Shown in pieces: positions 49,275 through 60,178 of a DNA stretch of 64,000 bases. The position numbers were made by a program, and so were the translations under genes. The DNA is from an uncultured Chitinophagaceae bacterium (GTDB taxonomy: Bacteria > Bacteroidota > Bacteroidia > Chitinophagales > Chitinophagaceae). How positions within the stretch are numbered: the stretch's first letter is position 1; every line of letters begins with the position of its first letter. The stretch spans positions 8,865 through 72,864 of the forward strand of contig CAVWGT010000002.1 of assembly GCA_963754585.1 (NCBI GenBank), in the 5' to 3' direction. The notes under the pieces were generated by a model. That model was not told the origin of the DNA and did no database searches. It saw nothing but the letters and a program-made list of their open reading frames with translations.

Positions 49275-51747
49275 TTATTGACGGGCCGCTGAGCGCATTT
49301 CCTGAGCCAGCACCTGAATTCCTTTTTTAATGCTTCCGTATTTTTTAGCGTACGCATTTACCTTAACTTTCTCGGTCTGCTCTGTGGTGTAGGATAAATA
49401 CTCCTCAGGGCTCACCTCGGTCCGGTAAACCTTGGAAAGCACTCCGCCCAGACTGATAAAGACTTCTTTATATTTTCGAAGCGGATCGTTGGCCTTATTG
49501 ACCGAAAGCACCTGGGCTTTTTCTTTTTCTGTCAGCCCTAAAAGCTCCTGTATCTGGTCGAACTTGTTTTGGTATTTGGACTGATCTAAAAGAATCTTGC
49601 AGTCTGAATTGTTGATAATCGCCTGCTTGACAACAGGCGAGGAAATAATATCTTCGACTTCCTGGGTGACCACAATCGCCTCACCAAAGTACTTTCTGAC
49701 GGTTTTAAAAATATATTTTATGTACTCAGCCATCCCTTCCTTGGCGATTGCTTTCCAGGCTTCTTCGATTAGAAGTACCTTTCTTGTTCCCTCCAGTTTT
49801 CTCATCTTGCTGATAAAAAGCTCCATGATGATGATGGTGACAATGGGAAAAAGTATTGGGTGCTCTTTGACATTATCGAGTTCAAAAACAATGAAGCGTT
49901 GGTGCAGAAGATCAAGGTTTTTTCGGGCATTGAGAAGATAGTCAAACTCGCCGCCGCGGTAATAGGGCATCAAAACGTAAAGGAAATTATGGATGTCAAA
50001 ATCTTTTTCTTTGACATTATCATGCCTGGATGATGCGGGTAAAATCCGTTTTTAAAAACTCATAAAAACTGTTAAAGCAGGCAAAGATGTCAGGATTCTG
50101 ATCCAGGTGCGAAAAGTAAAGTGTCAGAGCGTTCGATAGGGCCACATACTCGCTCCTGGTAAAGGTCTCATCGTCTTTTTTCCAAAGTGACAAAAGAAGC
50201 GTTTTTATACTTTCCTTTTTTTCAGTATCAAGCTGCTCGCCCTTTGGAAGATAAAACGGGTTGAACTCGATCGGGCTTTTTTCTTCGTAAGTAAAGTAGT
50301 AGCCACCGACCATATCACAAAGGCCCTTATAGCTATGACCAACATCGACCAGTACGATATGGGCGCCTGTTTCGTAGTAGCTTCTGACCATATGGTTGGT
50401 AAAAAAGCTTTTCCCAGAGCCCGAGGGCCCCAAAATAAATTTATTCCTGTTTGTGCAGATGCCCATCCGGATGGGCTCATCAGAGATATCCACGTGCATA
50501 GGACGGCCTGTCAGCCGGTCTCCAAGTCTGATGCCTACCGGGCTGAGTGAACTGCGGTAGCTGGATTCCAGATTCAGAAAACAGGCTGCCTGTTCTGTGA
50601 ACGTATCAAAAGTCTCGTTCATCGGAAAATCGGCCTGATTGCCCGGCATCCCTGCCCAGTATATCTGTGGAGCGCCTGTGATTTCCTGCCTTGCGGTAGC
50701 ATCCATCTGGGCAAGAGCCGATGTGGTCATATTTTTAATTTCTTTCAGCTCCGAAAGATCATCGCTCCATACCATCAGATTAAAATGGGCTTTGACCGGC
50801 ATGCGCTGCTCTTTGATCGCCTCATTTAAAAATTCGTTGGTTGCATCCAGGGCCAGGTGGTTCTCGCGCGCATGCAGCGAAAGCGACTGCAGCCGAAGGC
50901 GCTTGCTTTCCAGCCGCTTTAAGGTTTTATCCGGATCCTCAATAAAAATAAACTGGTTGTAGATGTGGTTGCAGGATAGAAGCTGACCCAGACTGCTGGC
51001 AAATCCGGTGCTGAATTTGGTGCGGTCACTGGAATATTTCTCGTAGGGAATCGAGGCGCTGCAAACCCCGGGCAGATCCGCCGCATCAGCCAGGCTATAT
51101 AGCTGGCAGTACTGATCACCGATCTTGATACCTTTTTCAAAGTGAATATCGCGCATCAGTTTGCAAGAGCTGTTTTCAGACAAATAAAGGTACTGCTCCA
51201 ACAGGCCCTGTTTGCCCGCGATGCTTAAAAGCTCATGATCCTCTAGCGGACGCATCGTCACAAAACCCGAATCCTCCATGATCCTTTTAAACTGACCGGC
51301 GCTGCCTCGAAATTCCTGCAAAGTCTGCTCGTCTAATGTGTCCTTTGGAAAAAGGCTTGGCCGCAGAAGGTTGGAGAAAATCGAGCTGGAAGGTTTTCTG
51401 TCCGAGGGCTTTTTGGTGATAAAAACATAGCAGCGGTGATCCAGAAAAGGGCGCTCATTGAAAAAGCGCTCTGAGCTGTGGGTCAGAAAGGAGGTATCCT
51501 CTTTTGAGAAATCAGCCTTGTAGCTGCTTTTTGAAAAGTAATCCTGCTTGTGAAACACGCTTCCGACCGGCAGCATTTTCAGCGCCTTCACCCAGCTTTG
51601 GTGAAAGGCTTCATACTGCTGCTCAGAGAGCGTAAAAATCTCGGGCAGCTGCAGCTCAAACCCCAGGGTCACATCACCCTGCTTGGAAAGCAGGCATCCG
51701 CCGGATACTTCCATTATTGGCAATAAATCATCGAGTAGCTTTTCCAT
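49275..51747 (-). CDS. traG: Conjugative transposon ATPase TraG (VirB4-like), with one frame change near 49975-50020
   Basis: LLPIMEVSGGCLLSKQGDVTLGFELQLPEIFTLSEQQYEAFHQSW, Walker A GPSGSGKSFF, then FELDNVKEHPILFPIVTIIIMELFISKMRK...LLIEEAWKAI in the second ORF. Confidence 0.9.
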
Positions 51748-51794
51748 ATTGTTGTTAGAAATAGGATTTTGAAAGTCTGTGCGTGCGGGTTTTG

Positions 51795-52103
51795 TTAACG
51801 GAATATTCTTCTGGAAAATGATCGGATTATTTTTGGCGTTTTTCTTTTGGCAAGGCTCTTGCTGAGCCCGTGCTCGCCGTATTGCGCATTCAGCTGATAA
51901 ACTACGACTGTGATCAGAGCGCCAAGAGCCAATGTCAAAAGAAGCGTGATATAGTTATTGACCTTAAACATGTATAGAACCGCGTAAAAAAGAAGATCGA
52001 TAAGTAGTCCCAGACCCATATAGCCAATGTACTGGGCCTTAAGACCTTTGAAAACAAGACTTTTGTTGATTCCCTTGTTAATAGGATATTGTTTGTTTGC
52101 CAT
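51795..52103 (-). CDS. traF: Conjugative transposon protein TraF (DUF4133-type, 102 aa)
   Basis: MANKQYPINKGINKSLVFKGLKAQYIGYMGLGLLIDLLFYAVLYMF... matches the TraF layout. An internal Met of the 351-aa ORF was taken as the start. Confidence 0.7.
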   Translation of the reverse strand: MANKQYPINKGINKSLVFKGLKAQYIGYMGLGLLIDLLFYAVLYMFKVNNYITLLLTLALGALITVVVYQLNAQYGEHGLSKSLAKRKTPKIIRSFSRRIFR

Positions 52104-52850
52104 GATTTGTTCTTGTAGTGGATTTTTGCAAGCTGTGGGCTGAAAAGTGCTGAGCGTACCGGGTGGTTGAACCGCTTTAACATCTTTTTCAAGCAGTTCA
52201 CTGTTGAAATAAGTAACTGTTTTGCCAGCAGCAGCTGCTGTGAGCATAGCCTCGGATTTGACTGCTTCCCGGATGGCTGACAGTGTAGCGGGTTGTGTGA
52301 TTAACACAGCTTTGAGAGGCTCGGCTGCTTTAATTGGCATATCAGTGGCAGTAGCCGGTACAATTTGAGCCTTTTTCTGATCGCTGATTATTTTTGCCTT
52401 AACTCTGGCCTGCCTGTTTTTTCTTTTTAAATAATGCCGAATAAAATTAGTTAACGTCACATAGATGCTGTGCTGCTCGGCTGAATGGGTGCTGAATTTT
52501 AGCAGCTTAAAAACAGGCTCACACGCGCTTAGAACATCCAGGACCTGATCTGCGAGCTCATCGATTTTAACCCATTTTAAAAAAGTTCTGGGAAATTCGC
52601 TGGCAATGACTGCGCATACATAGCCAAAACGTGATGGCCGAAGCTCCGATGTGATCAGCTCAAAGCTATGATCAATAATTTCCTCCCTTGAAACTCCACG
52701 GGCAATCATTTCTCTAATTTGGTCACAGGTCTTTTTGACCTTTTTTTTCAGGCTGCGCGGTTGGCAGTAAACCTGGGAGTCTTTGATTAGAATTTCAGCA
52801 TTATCCAGGTGAAGATAGGGGTAATACCCCGCCGTAAGTAGCTCTTCCAT
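52104..52850 (-). CDS. 249-codon open frame fused in-frame upstream of traF (unknown; either a separate gene lacking a stop codon or an N-terminal extension)
   Basis: No stop lies between 52850 and the TraF Met. Composition is protein-like (MEELLTAGYYPYLHLDN...), and I recognise no family. Confidence 0.4.
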
Positions 52851-53180
52851 AATGTTAAGGTTTAAAAAATCATTTTAAAGCAGTCCCAGAAAAGATTCAG
52901 CAGGTGTTTTGACCCTTCCTTAAATTTATTGCTTGTTACTGCCGGGTATTTCAGGTAATGTCTGCTTTATTCACTATTCACTTTTTAATTATTGGATTAA
53001 AACCGGTAAGGGGCCGCAGCCCCCCACCGGCTGTTTCCATAAAGTGGCTTCTTACTGCCAGCGGTGCATTTTTACGAGCTGCCTTGCATGAAGCTGATTA
53101 AATCAAGCTTTAATTTTTAGCAGCGCCGGTCTCGAAGATGCTTTTATGGATTTTTTTTCTGATCCAGATCGGCCTAATAT

Positions 53181-53528
53181 TTAGACTCCGAAGAAAGATT
53201 GCAGAACTGTCGCGACCACAACCAGAAATATACAGCTGCCAAACCAGGCGGCAGCCACCTTGTTGGTGTCCTGATCACCGGCATTCCACTTTTGAAATAC
53301 TTTTACTGCGCCTACAAGACCCAAAACCGCACCGATCGCATACATCAGGTTGGTCCCAGGCTCGAAATAGGATCTTACCTGGCTGTCTGCCTCAGAAATC
53401 CCGGCTGCGCCGTCCTGCGCTTTTGAAATGATTGCACTGAGCACAATGCTCGCTGTAAGCAGCCAGCGTCTGCTTTTAAACATACCCCTCATTCTCATCT
53501 CCTCTATCTGTTTAAGTTGAACATGCAC
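53181..53528 (-). CDS. traE: Conjugative transposon protein TraE (DUF4134-type)
   Basis: Signal/TM, then GISEADSQVRSYFEPGTNLMYAIGAVLGLVGAVKVFQKWNAGDQDT...AWFGSCIFLVVV. Confidence 0.75.
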   Translation of the reverse strand: MHVQLKQIEEMRMRGMFKSRRWLLTASIVLSAIISKAQDGAAGISEADSQVRSYFEPGTNLMYAIGAVLGLVGAVKVFQKWNAGDQDTNKVAAAWFGSCIFLVVVATVLQSFFGV

Positions 53529-53598
53529 TGCTGCTGTAAGTGATCCGGTAGGAGTCTTCCCGCCATGCGCGGGAAGCTTACCTACAGAAACTGCTCCA

Positions 53599-54126
53599 TC
53601 AATCGACCTGATTCCACATCCTCAATCTGTCCTCACTATTCAGGTGGATGGAGCCGTATTTTGCCAGTTCCGCCTCAATCAGATCATTGACTGAAAGCTG
53701 GAACGGTGTGCCATATATGGCAGGATATTCTTTGAATGTCATCTGGCAAAGAAGAATGAATTCTTCTTTGCTGTACGCTTTGCTATGGGCTTCCTGGATT
53801 GCTTCTTTTAGATGAATTGATAATTCTTCTAATTGCTGCATCATCCCTTCATTTTCCCAGGGTTGCTCTGAGGGACTATCTTCGTATTGATCGGTATTGG
53901 CAATAATGTGTTCTGGTTGAAAACTGCCTGTTTCCTCTGAAATTTCAGCTTCGGGCCTCAAAGGCTGGAACTGAAAATCGGCCCCTTTGGCAGCAGGGCT
54001 TTTCGAGCGGGAAATTCTGGCTTTCAAATCATGGCGGTAGAAAATAAAACCGACCAGAAGATAATAGGCTGTAAGAAGCGGGGTAACAAATGATACATAG
54101 ACTACCCACGGATTGGCTGTTAGCAT
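53599..54126 (-). CDS. Hypothetical membrane-anchored protein, first gene of the tra block
   Basis: 175 aa. N-terminal TM pair (WVVYVSFVTPLLTAYYLLVGFIFY) and an acidic C-terminal domain. Confidence 0.5.
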   Translation of the reverse strand: MLTANPWVVYVSFVTPLLTAYYLLVGFIFYRHDLKARISRSKSPAAKGADFQFQPLRPEAEISEETGSFQPEHIIANTDQYEDSPSEQPWENEGMMQQLEELSIHLKEAIQEAHSKAYSKEEFILLCQMTFKEYPAIYGTPFQLSVNDLIEAELAKYGSIHLNSEDRLRMWNQVD

Positions 54127-54231
54127 AGGACATTTGGTTTACTTGATAACTAGAACTTGCGATGCGCTTAGACGCTGTGCCAGCATTAATTGGCCGCGGC
54201 TCGTTTTATTGATGTTACAAAGTAAATGCAC

Positions 54232-54407
54232 GGAAAGGGTAGCAATAAAGTCCAACTTTTTTAGGACCCTTTTAGGACCTTTGAGGTTTTTTTGAGAGAA
54301 ACACCGCCCGGATTCGGTCTTAGTACTTGAATTATATGGCTATTTCAGCCTGGAAAGGATGAAAGGTAGCAAAAAGGTACAACCTCTTTAGGACCCTTTT
54401 GCTACCT
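54232..54407. repeat. Two ~45-nt direct repeats, 126 nt apart, upstream of the tra block
   Basis: GAAAGGGTAGCAATAAAGTCCAACTTTTTTAGGACCCTTTTAGGACCT (54232-54280) versus GAAAGGTAGCAAAAAGGTACAACCTCTTTAGGACCCTTTTGCTACCT (54361-54407). The second contains the inverted repeat GGTAGCAAA...TTTGCTACC. Confidence 0.55.
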
Positions 54408-54511
54408 GTTTAATTTGTTGATAATAAGATTATTAGTTAATTTATTAACCAATAAAAGCCTTGACGAATGAATCGCCAGGGCTTCTTTTTTTGATTTTTT
54501 AATAGGAATTT

Positions 54512-54807
54512 CTAAACCAACTGAAGATTTCCTTCTTTAACCTGGTTTACAAAATCATCCGAAGGTTTAAAATGCGGAATTATATGGGCCGCAACAATTA
54601 TGGTTGTATTTTTTGAGATATTGCTGGCCGTCTTTGCTGCTCTTTTTTTGTTTGTAAAACTTCCAAAGCCTCGGAAATAAATGTTTTCGTCCGCTCGCTC
54701 ATCGAATCTTTTATCGTCACAAAAAGTGATTCGAGTGTTTTTTCCACATCTTCTTTTTGGATGCCGGTTTTTTCTACAATTCTTTGAATGGTGTCTGCTT
54801 TTGTCAT
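54512..54807 (-). CDS. HU/IHF-family DNA-binding protein, with one frame change near 54690
   Basis: MTKADTIQRIVEKTGIQKEDVEKTLESLFVTIKDSM, then in another frame NIYFRGFGSFTNKKRAAKTASNISKNTTIIVAAHIIPHFKPS. Confidence 0.8.
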
Positions 54808-55246
54808 AATCTGCTGCGTTTATTTGGCCCAAAGGTAATGCAGCCCGGTTTAGAATAGAAAATAACCACGGTAAAATTATCAGTTTTTCTTAGCGTTTGA
54901 GGCCATTTCTTCAATTGCTCTTTAAATCCTTTTGGTAAATATTTTTGCTGTTTGCATATCAATTGAAATTTGAACATGCGTATTGTAAGATTGCCCCGGG
55001 AAATAATCTTCAAGGGGCTTTTCTTTCGATATACAAAAAATACCAGCAATTACCTTCTTTCCGGATCCGGCTGACAGTACTGGTCAGGGTACTGAAAAAT
55101 CAGTAGTTTTGCGGTAGCTTGTTTGTTAGGTTATTAGATTTAAAATCATCCTAGTGAGCTGTGGATCAGATACGAATATGCTTCCCGATACCAAAGTTCC
55201 GAAAAAAATAAACGATAGGGCGTGTCTGCCATATTGAGGTAAGGAT

Positions 55247-56160
55247 CTAGGAACCGAAGGTGATGGTAAAACTTCTTTGCTGTTTAAACCACGCTGTTAA
55301 TCTTCTTATACTGCGTGGGTGTCTGTCCGGAATGTCTTTGAAGGTACGGGAGAAATAAGAAGCAGACTTTCAAAGCCGGTTTCTGACGCTATTTCAGAGA
55401 GAGGGAAATCTGTGGTAATGATTAAATACTGCGCTCTTTCTATTCTTTTTTTCTGGATATATGCCAGGGGGCGCTCTCCCGTGTAACTGGTAAAAATTCT
55501 GGAAAAGTAATTGGAATTATAACTTGCGCGATCAGATAGATGTTCAACGGTGATGTTGCTTTGCAGATTTGTAAGAATGTAATTAACTGAGTCGAGGATC
55601 CTGGATGGGATTTTTTTTGTCTCTGATGATTTGAAGGAGTCGGATTTTATAAACCGCGCGATCATTTCCAGAATCAGGCCTTTTGTTTCAATGTAATCAG
55701 ACAGAGGAATTAGGTTATTCCTTTTTTGAAAGCTTGTAAGTGTTGGCTGCTTTTCATATTCGCGGGGGTTATCGCTCCTTCTTAAATCCCTGCCCGGATT
55801 AAGATGAAGAATTTTTTTGAAGCGGATCATGTCTTCGGGAATGGATTCGATTTTGTGAATCTTTCTGTTAGAAGAAAACAAAGATGTACCGTCTGCGCTT
55901 TCTTCCAGGACATGAATATAAAACTGGCTGAGATATTTTGGGCAGTGGTGATTGCACAAAGTAAAGCTGGGTACCATATACAAATATCCTTTTTCCAAGA
56001 CATGTGCACGATCGGCATCTCCAAGTGATCCATGACCATCATCAATCAGGTAAATCCGGTAAAATGGACTGATTACATTACGATAAATCCAATTTTTGTT
56101 CAATTGTACATAATCTGCATTTAACAGCGAAAATGTGGATTTAAAGTCATTATTGTCCAT
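55247..56160 (-). CDS. AraC-family regulator, with a frame change near 55370
   Basis: HTH_18 region VEHLSDRASYNSNYFSRIFTSYTGERPLAYIQKKRIERAQYLI...IASETGFES, then shifted SYFSRTFKDIPDRHPRSIRR. Confidence 0.8.
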
Positions 56161-56344
56161 TGAAGCTTGCCCGGTCTGATAGAATATTTTTCAAAATTAA
56201 CAAAAATAGTCCGATTTGTTAAAATGGATGACACTTTTGTACAATTGCTATAATTTATTACACTATACATTTGTCGTGCCTACTGTGTTCCATTACTTAT
56301 GAAAGGATAAGCAGTAAAATTTCTAACAATTGCCAAAAGTAAAT

Positions 56345-56686
56345 ATGAAAAAGTTTTGTCTGGCACTGGATCTGAAAGACGATCATAAGCTTATTGAGCA
56401 GTACGACCAGCTTCATAAAACGGAAAATGCATGGCCGGAAGTAACCGAAAGTATAACCGTTAGCGGAATTATCAATATGGAGATTTACAGAACGGGCAAC
56501 CGTTTATTTATGATCATGGAAACCGTAGATGATTTTGACTTTGACAGCAAAGCAAAATTGGATGCGACAAATCCGAAAGTGCAGCAGTGGGAAGAGCTGA
56601 TGTGGAAATTTCAGCAGCCCTTAAAATGGGCATCACCCGGTGAGAAGTGGGTTTTAATGGATCAGATCTACAAAATTGTACCCTAA
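56345..56686 (+). CDS. L-rhamnose mutarotase-family (RhaM/DUF718) protein, probably a fucose/rhamnose mutarotase
   Basis: MKKFCLALDLKDDHKLIEQYDQLHK..WPEV......GIINMEIYRTGNRLFMIMET. Confidence 0.75.
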   Translation: MKKFCLALDLKDDHKLIEQYDQLHKTENAWPEVTESITVSGIINMEIYRTGNRLFMIMETVDDFDFDSKAKLDATNPKVQQWEELMWKFQQPLKWASPGEKWVLMDQIYKIVP

Positions 56687-56718
56687 TTTTATTTACACAA
56701 TCAAAATTTTTTCATCCT

Positions 56719-57970
56719 ATGGCTGATCGTAAAACCAGGCTGGCTGTTATTCTGATTACTTCCCTGTTTTTTCTTTGGGGATTTGCTTTGAACCTGAACC
56801 CGATACTGATCCCGCATCTTAAAAAAGCTTGTCAGCTAAGTGATTTCCAATCGGCTTTGATAGACTCTGCGTCTTACATTGCCTATTTTCTGATTGCGCT
56901 GCCAGCGGGTCTTTTTATGAAAAAGTTTGGTTATAAAGCAGGTATCACGCTGGGTTTGCTGCTGTTTGCACTGGGTACATTCTTGTTTTATCCTGCGGCA
57001 GAAATGCGCCATTTTGGCTTTTTCCTTCTTGCTTTGTTTATCATTGCCAGTGGCTTGACAATGCTGGAAACCGCAGCGAATCCTTATATTACTGTTTTGG
57101 GTGATGCAGATTCTGCTACTCAAAGACTCAATTTTGCGCAGTCATTCAACGGACTAGCCGCATTTCTGGCTCCACTGATGGGAGGTACATTTATACTTTC
57201 GGGAAAGAGTTTGTCACAGCGGCAGCAACTTTCCATGACGCCTTTGGAGCTGAATGCCTATCTGGATCTGGAAGCATCTTCAGTGCAGATACCATTTATT
57301 ATTATTGGCATTGTAGTGCTGCTTGTAGCAGTTCTTATCTGGCGCACCAGTCTGCCGGAAATAAAAGAGCAGCAAGAAATTGAAGGCGTGGAGCCAGGTT
57401 CTGTTTGGCAGAGAAAAACCTGATGCTCGGGGTAGCGGCTCAGTTTTTTTATGTTGGCGCCCAGGTTTGTATCAGCAGTTTTTTTATCCGTTTTGCAGGC
57501 AGCGTTGCCGGTATTGAGGAAAAAACGGCGGCATATCTTTTGTCGGGCGCCTTTTTGAGCTTTATGATCGGCCGGTTTATAGGAACCTATCTGATGAGGT
57601 TTGTGGCACCGTCAGACTTCTGGCCGTCTACAGTCTGGTCAATATCGTTTTATTGATCGCAGCCGTATCCACTACCGGAATGGTTTCGGTCTATGCACTT
57701 GTTGGCGTTCAGTTTTTTATGTCCATTATGTTTCCGACCATATTTGCCCTAAGTATCCGGGGGCTGGGTGCAAAGACCAAAGTCGGTTCATCGCTGGTAA
57801 TCATGTCCATCGTTGGCGGAGCGGTATTTCCGGTGATCATGGGGCAGGTTTCAGATGTATCTTCCATTCAAACCGCTTACATCGTACCAGCAGTTTGTTT
57901 TCTGGTTGTACTTTATTTTGCTATAAAAAATAACTCGATCAAAAACATCAAATTGGGCGCATCGCATTGA
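56719..57970 (+). CDS. fucP: L-fucose:H+ symporter-type MFS permease, with 2 frame changes
   Basis: MADRKTRLAVILITSLFFLWGFALNLNPILIPHLKKACQLSDFQSALIDSASYIAYFLIALPAG. Continues in frames 3 and 2 (57405-57656, 57653-57970). Confidence 0.8.
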
Positions 57971-58056
57971 TTTGCTGGTTTCTGAGAGGAACACATGCAC
58001 ATTCCTGATTCATTTCTTCTTACGTGCTAAATAAAAACTGACAAATATTTTCTTTT

Positions 58057-59073
58057 ATGAATACACTTGTTTGCATCACACCGGGCGAATTTCAATACCG
58101 GGAAGACCCAAAACCAGACCTTAAATCCGGACACACGATTATCAAAATAAGGCGGATCGGAATATGCGGCACCGATCTTCATGCGTATGAAGGCACTCAG
58201 CCATTTTTTAATTACCCCCGGATTCTGGGCCACGAACTGGCCGGAGAGATCGTTCAGACAGATGGAGCGCCCGGATTCTCAGTGGGGGAGCCTGTCACCT
58301 TTATTCCCTATTTCAATTGTGGAAAATGTGTGGCCTGCCGCAATGGTAAGCCCAATTGCTGCACCAGTATTCAGGTTTTTGGTGTGCATATTGATGGCGG
58401 TATGTCCGAGTATGTATCGGTTCCGTCCTATTCGCTCGTGCATGGCAACGGGCTTAGTTTTGATGAACTTGCTTTGGTCGAGCCGCTCGCAATCGGCGCG
58501 CACGGAATAAGAAGAGCCGGAGTGACACCGAAGGATACCGTACTCGTTGTGGGGGCTGGCCCGATTGGTCTGGGCACAATGGAATTTGCAAGGATAGCGG
58601 GTGCGACCGTGATAGCACTGGACATTAATGATAGCAGATTGGCTTTTTGCCGTCAGAAGCTGGGCGTAGCACATACAATCAACGCACATACTGAAAATGT
58701 TATGGAAAAACTTATGGAGCTGACCGGCTCTGATATGCCAACAGTCATTGTAGATGCAACTGGGAATCTGAAAGCCATCAACACAGCATTTCAGTATCTG
58801 GCGCATGGCGGCACATATGTGCTGATCGGTCTTCAAAAAGGAGAGATCAGTTTTTCTCATCCCGAATTTCACAAACGGGAGGCAACGCTAATGAGCAGCC
58901 GCAATGCGACCAGAGAAGATTTTGAACACGTAACCAGTTGTATGAAGGCTGGCATGATAGATCCAACGACTTACATAACACACCGTGTTATTTTCGGGGA
59001 TGTAAAAAAGGATTTTGAAAGCTGGCTTGACCCTTCCAAGGGGGTGATAAAGGCTATGGTGTCGATTGGATGA
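58057..59073 (+). CDS. Zinc-dependent medium-chain alcohol/sugar dehydrogenase
   Basis: GICGTDLHAY, GHELAGEIV, CGKCVACRNGKPNCC, VVGAGPIGLG. Confidence 0.85.
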   Translation: MNTLVCITPGEFQYREDPKPDLKSGHTIIKIRRIGICGTDLHAYEGTQPFFNYPRILGHELAGEIVQTDGAPGFSVGEPVTFIPYFNCGKCVACRNGKPNCCTSIQVFGVHIDGGMSEYVSVPSYSLVHGNGLSFDELALVEPLAIGAHGIRRAGVTPKDTVLVVGAGPIGLGTMEFARIAGATVIALDINDSRLAFCRQKLGVAHTINAHTENVMEKLMELTGSDMPTVIVDATGNLKAINTAFQYLAHGGTYVLIGLQKGEISFSHPEFHKREATLMSSRNATREDFEHVTSCMKAGMIDPTTYITHRVIFGDVKKDFESWLDPSKGVIKAMVSIG

Positions 59074-59102
59074 AAAAAATATAAAGTACAGCTTTAATTC
59101 CT

Positions 59103-60145
59103 ATGCAAGTAAAAACCTCGCAAAATCAGAACCCTGGCACAATTCAGCTGCCTCCGATCGTTTTTGGTACCAGCTGCTTGGGTAATATTTACCGTGCAAC
59201 CACTCATCAGCAGAAACAAGAAATCGTAGAAGCATGTATAAAAAATTCGCCGGGAAAGGTAGTTTTTGATAGCGCCGGTAAGTACGGGGCGGGTCTGGCT
59301 CTAAGAATCTTTGGGTAAGTCTCTTGATGCCTTAAATGTAGATCCTGAAAATGTGATCATCAGCAACAAACTGGGCTGGTATCAGGTTGCTCTTACTACA
59401 CCAGAGCCTACCTTTGAGCCAGGGATATGGAAAGAGCTGACCCATGATGCTGTACAAAGGATTTCCTATGAGGGAATCCTGGAATGTTTCGATCAGGGAA
59501 ACGATTTACTGGGCCCATACACATCTGAATTAGCCTCCGGTACATGATCCTGACGAATATTTGTCCAAAGCACAGAACATAGAAGAAGAAAATGATCTGT
59601 ACTCGGATATTCTTGATTCCTACAAAGCACTGGCTGAACTGAAAGCTGCCGGTAAAATTTCAGGCATTGGTGTGGGTGCCAAACAGTGGCGCGTGATCGA
59701 AAGAATTTCAAAGGATGTAGCCCTGGACTGGGTGATGATCGCTAATAGTCTTACGCTTCATGACCATCCACGTGATTTAATGGGCTTTATTTCCAGCCTG
59801 CATAAAAAAGGCGTAACCGTTATTAATTCAGCAGTTTTTAACGGAGGATTTCTGGTTGGAAGTGATTATTACAATTACGGGCTGGTTGATAAAGATACTG
59901 CTGAGGGAAAAAGTCTTTATACATGGAGATCTGAATTTTGGAAGTTTTGTGAGCAGTTCGGTATTTCACCCGCGCACGCCTGCCTGAATTTTGGTTTTAC
60001 AATTGCTGGTGTCAACAGTGTGGCAGTCAGTACAACGAACGCTGCCAAAGTAAAGCAGAACATAGACATGGTGACCACAGAGATTTCCGCTGATTTCTGG
60101 AATACTCTAAAAAAAGCGGGTCTTATAAGTGGCTTTGCTTTGTGA
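59103..60145 (+). CDS. Aldo/keto reductase (L-fucose / D-threo-aldose dehydrogenase-like), with 2 frame changes
   Basis: Three consecutive ORFs (frames 3/1/2) with AKR-like segments: FDSAGKYGAG, ISNKLGW, GIGVGAKQW, NSAVFNGGFL. Confidence 0.7.
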
Positions 60146-60178
60146 TAAATCAAGTATAATCTATACAACCTGAAACAT

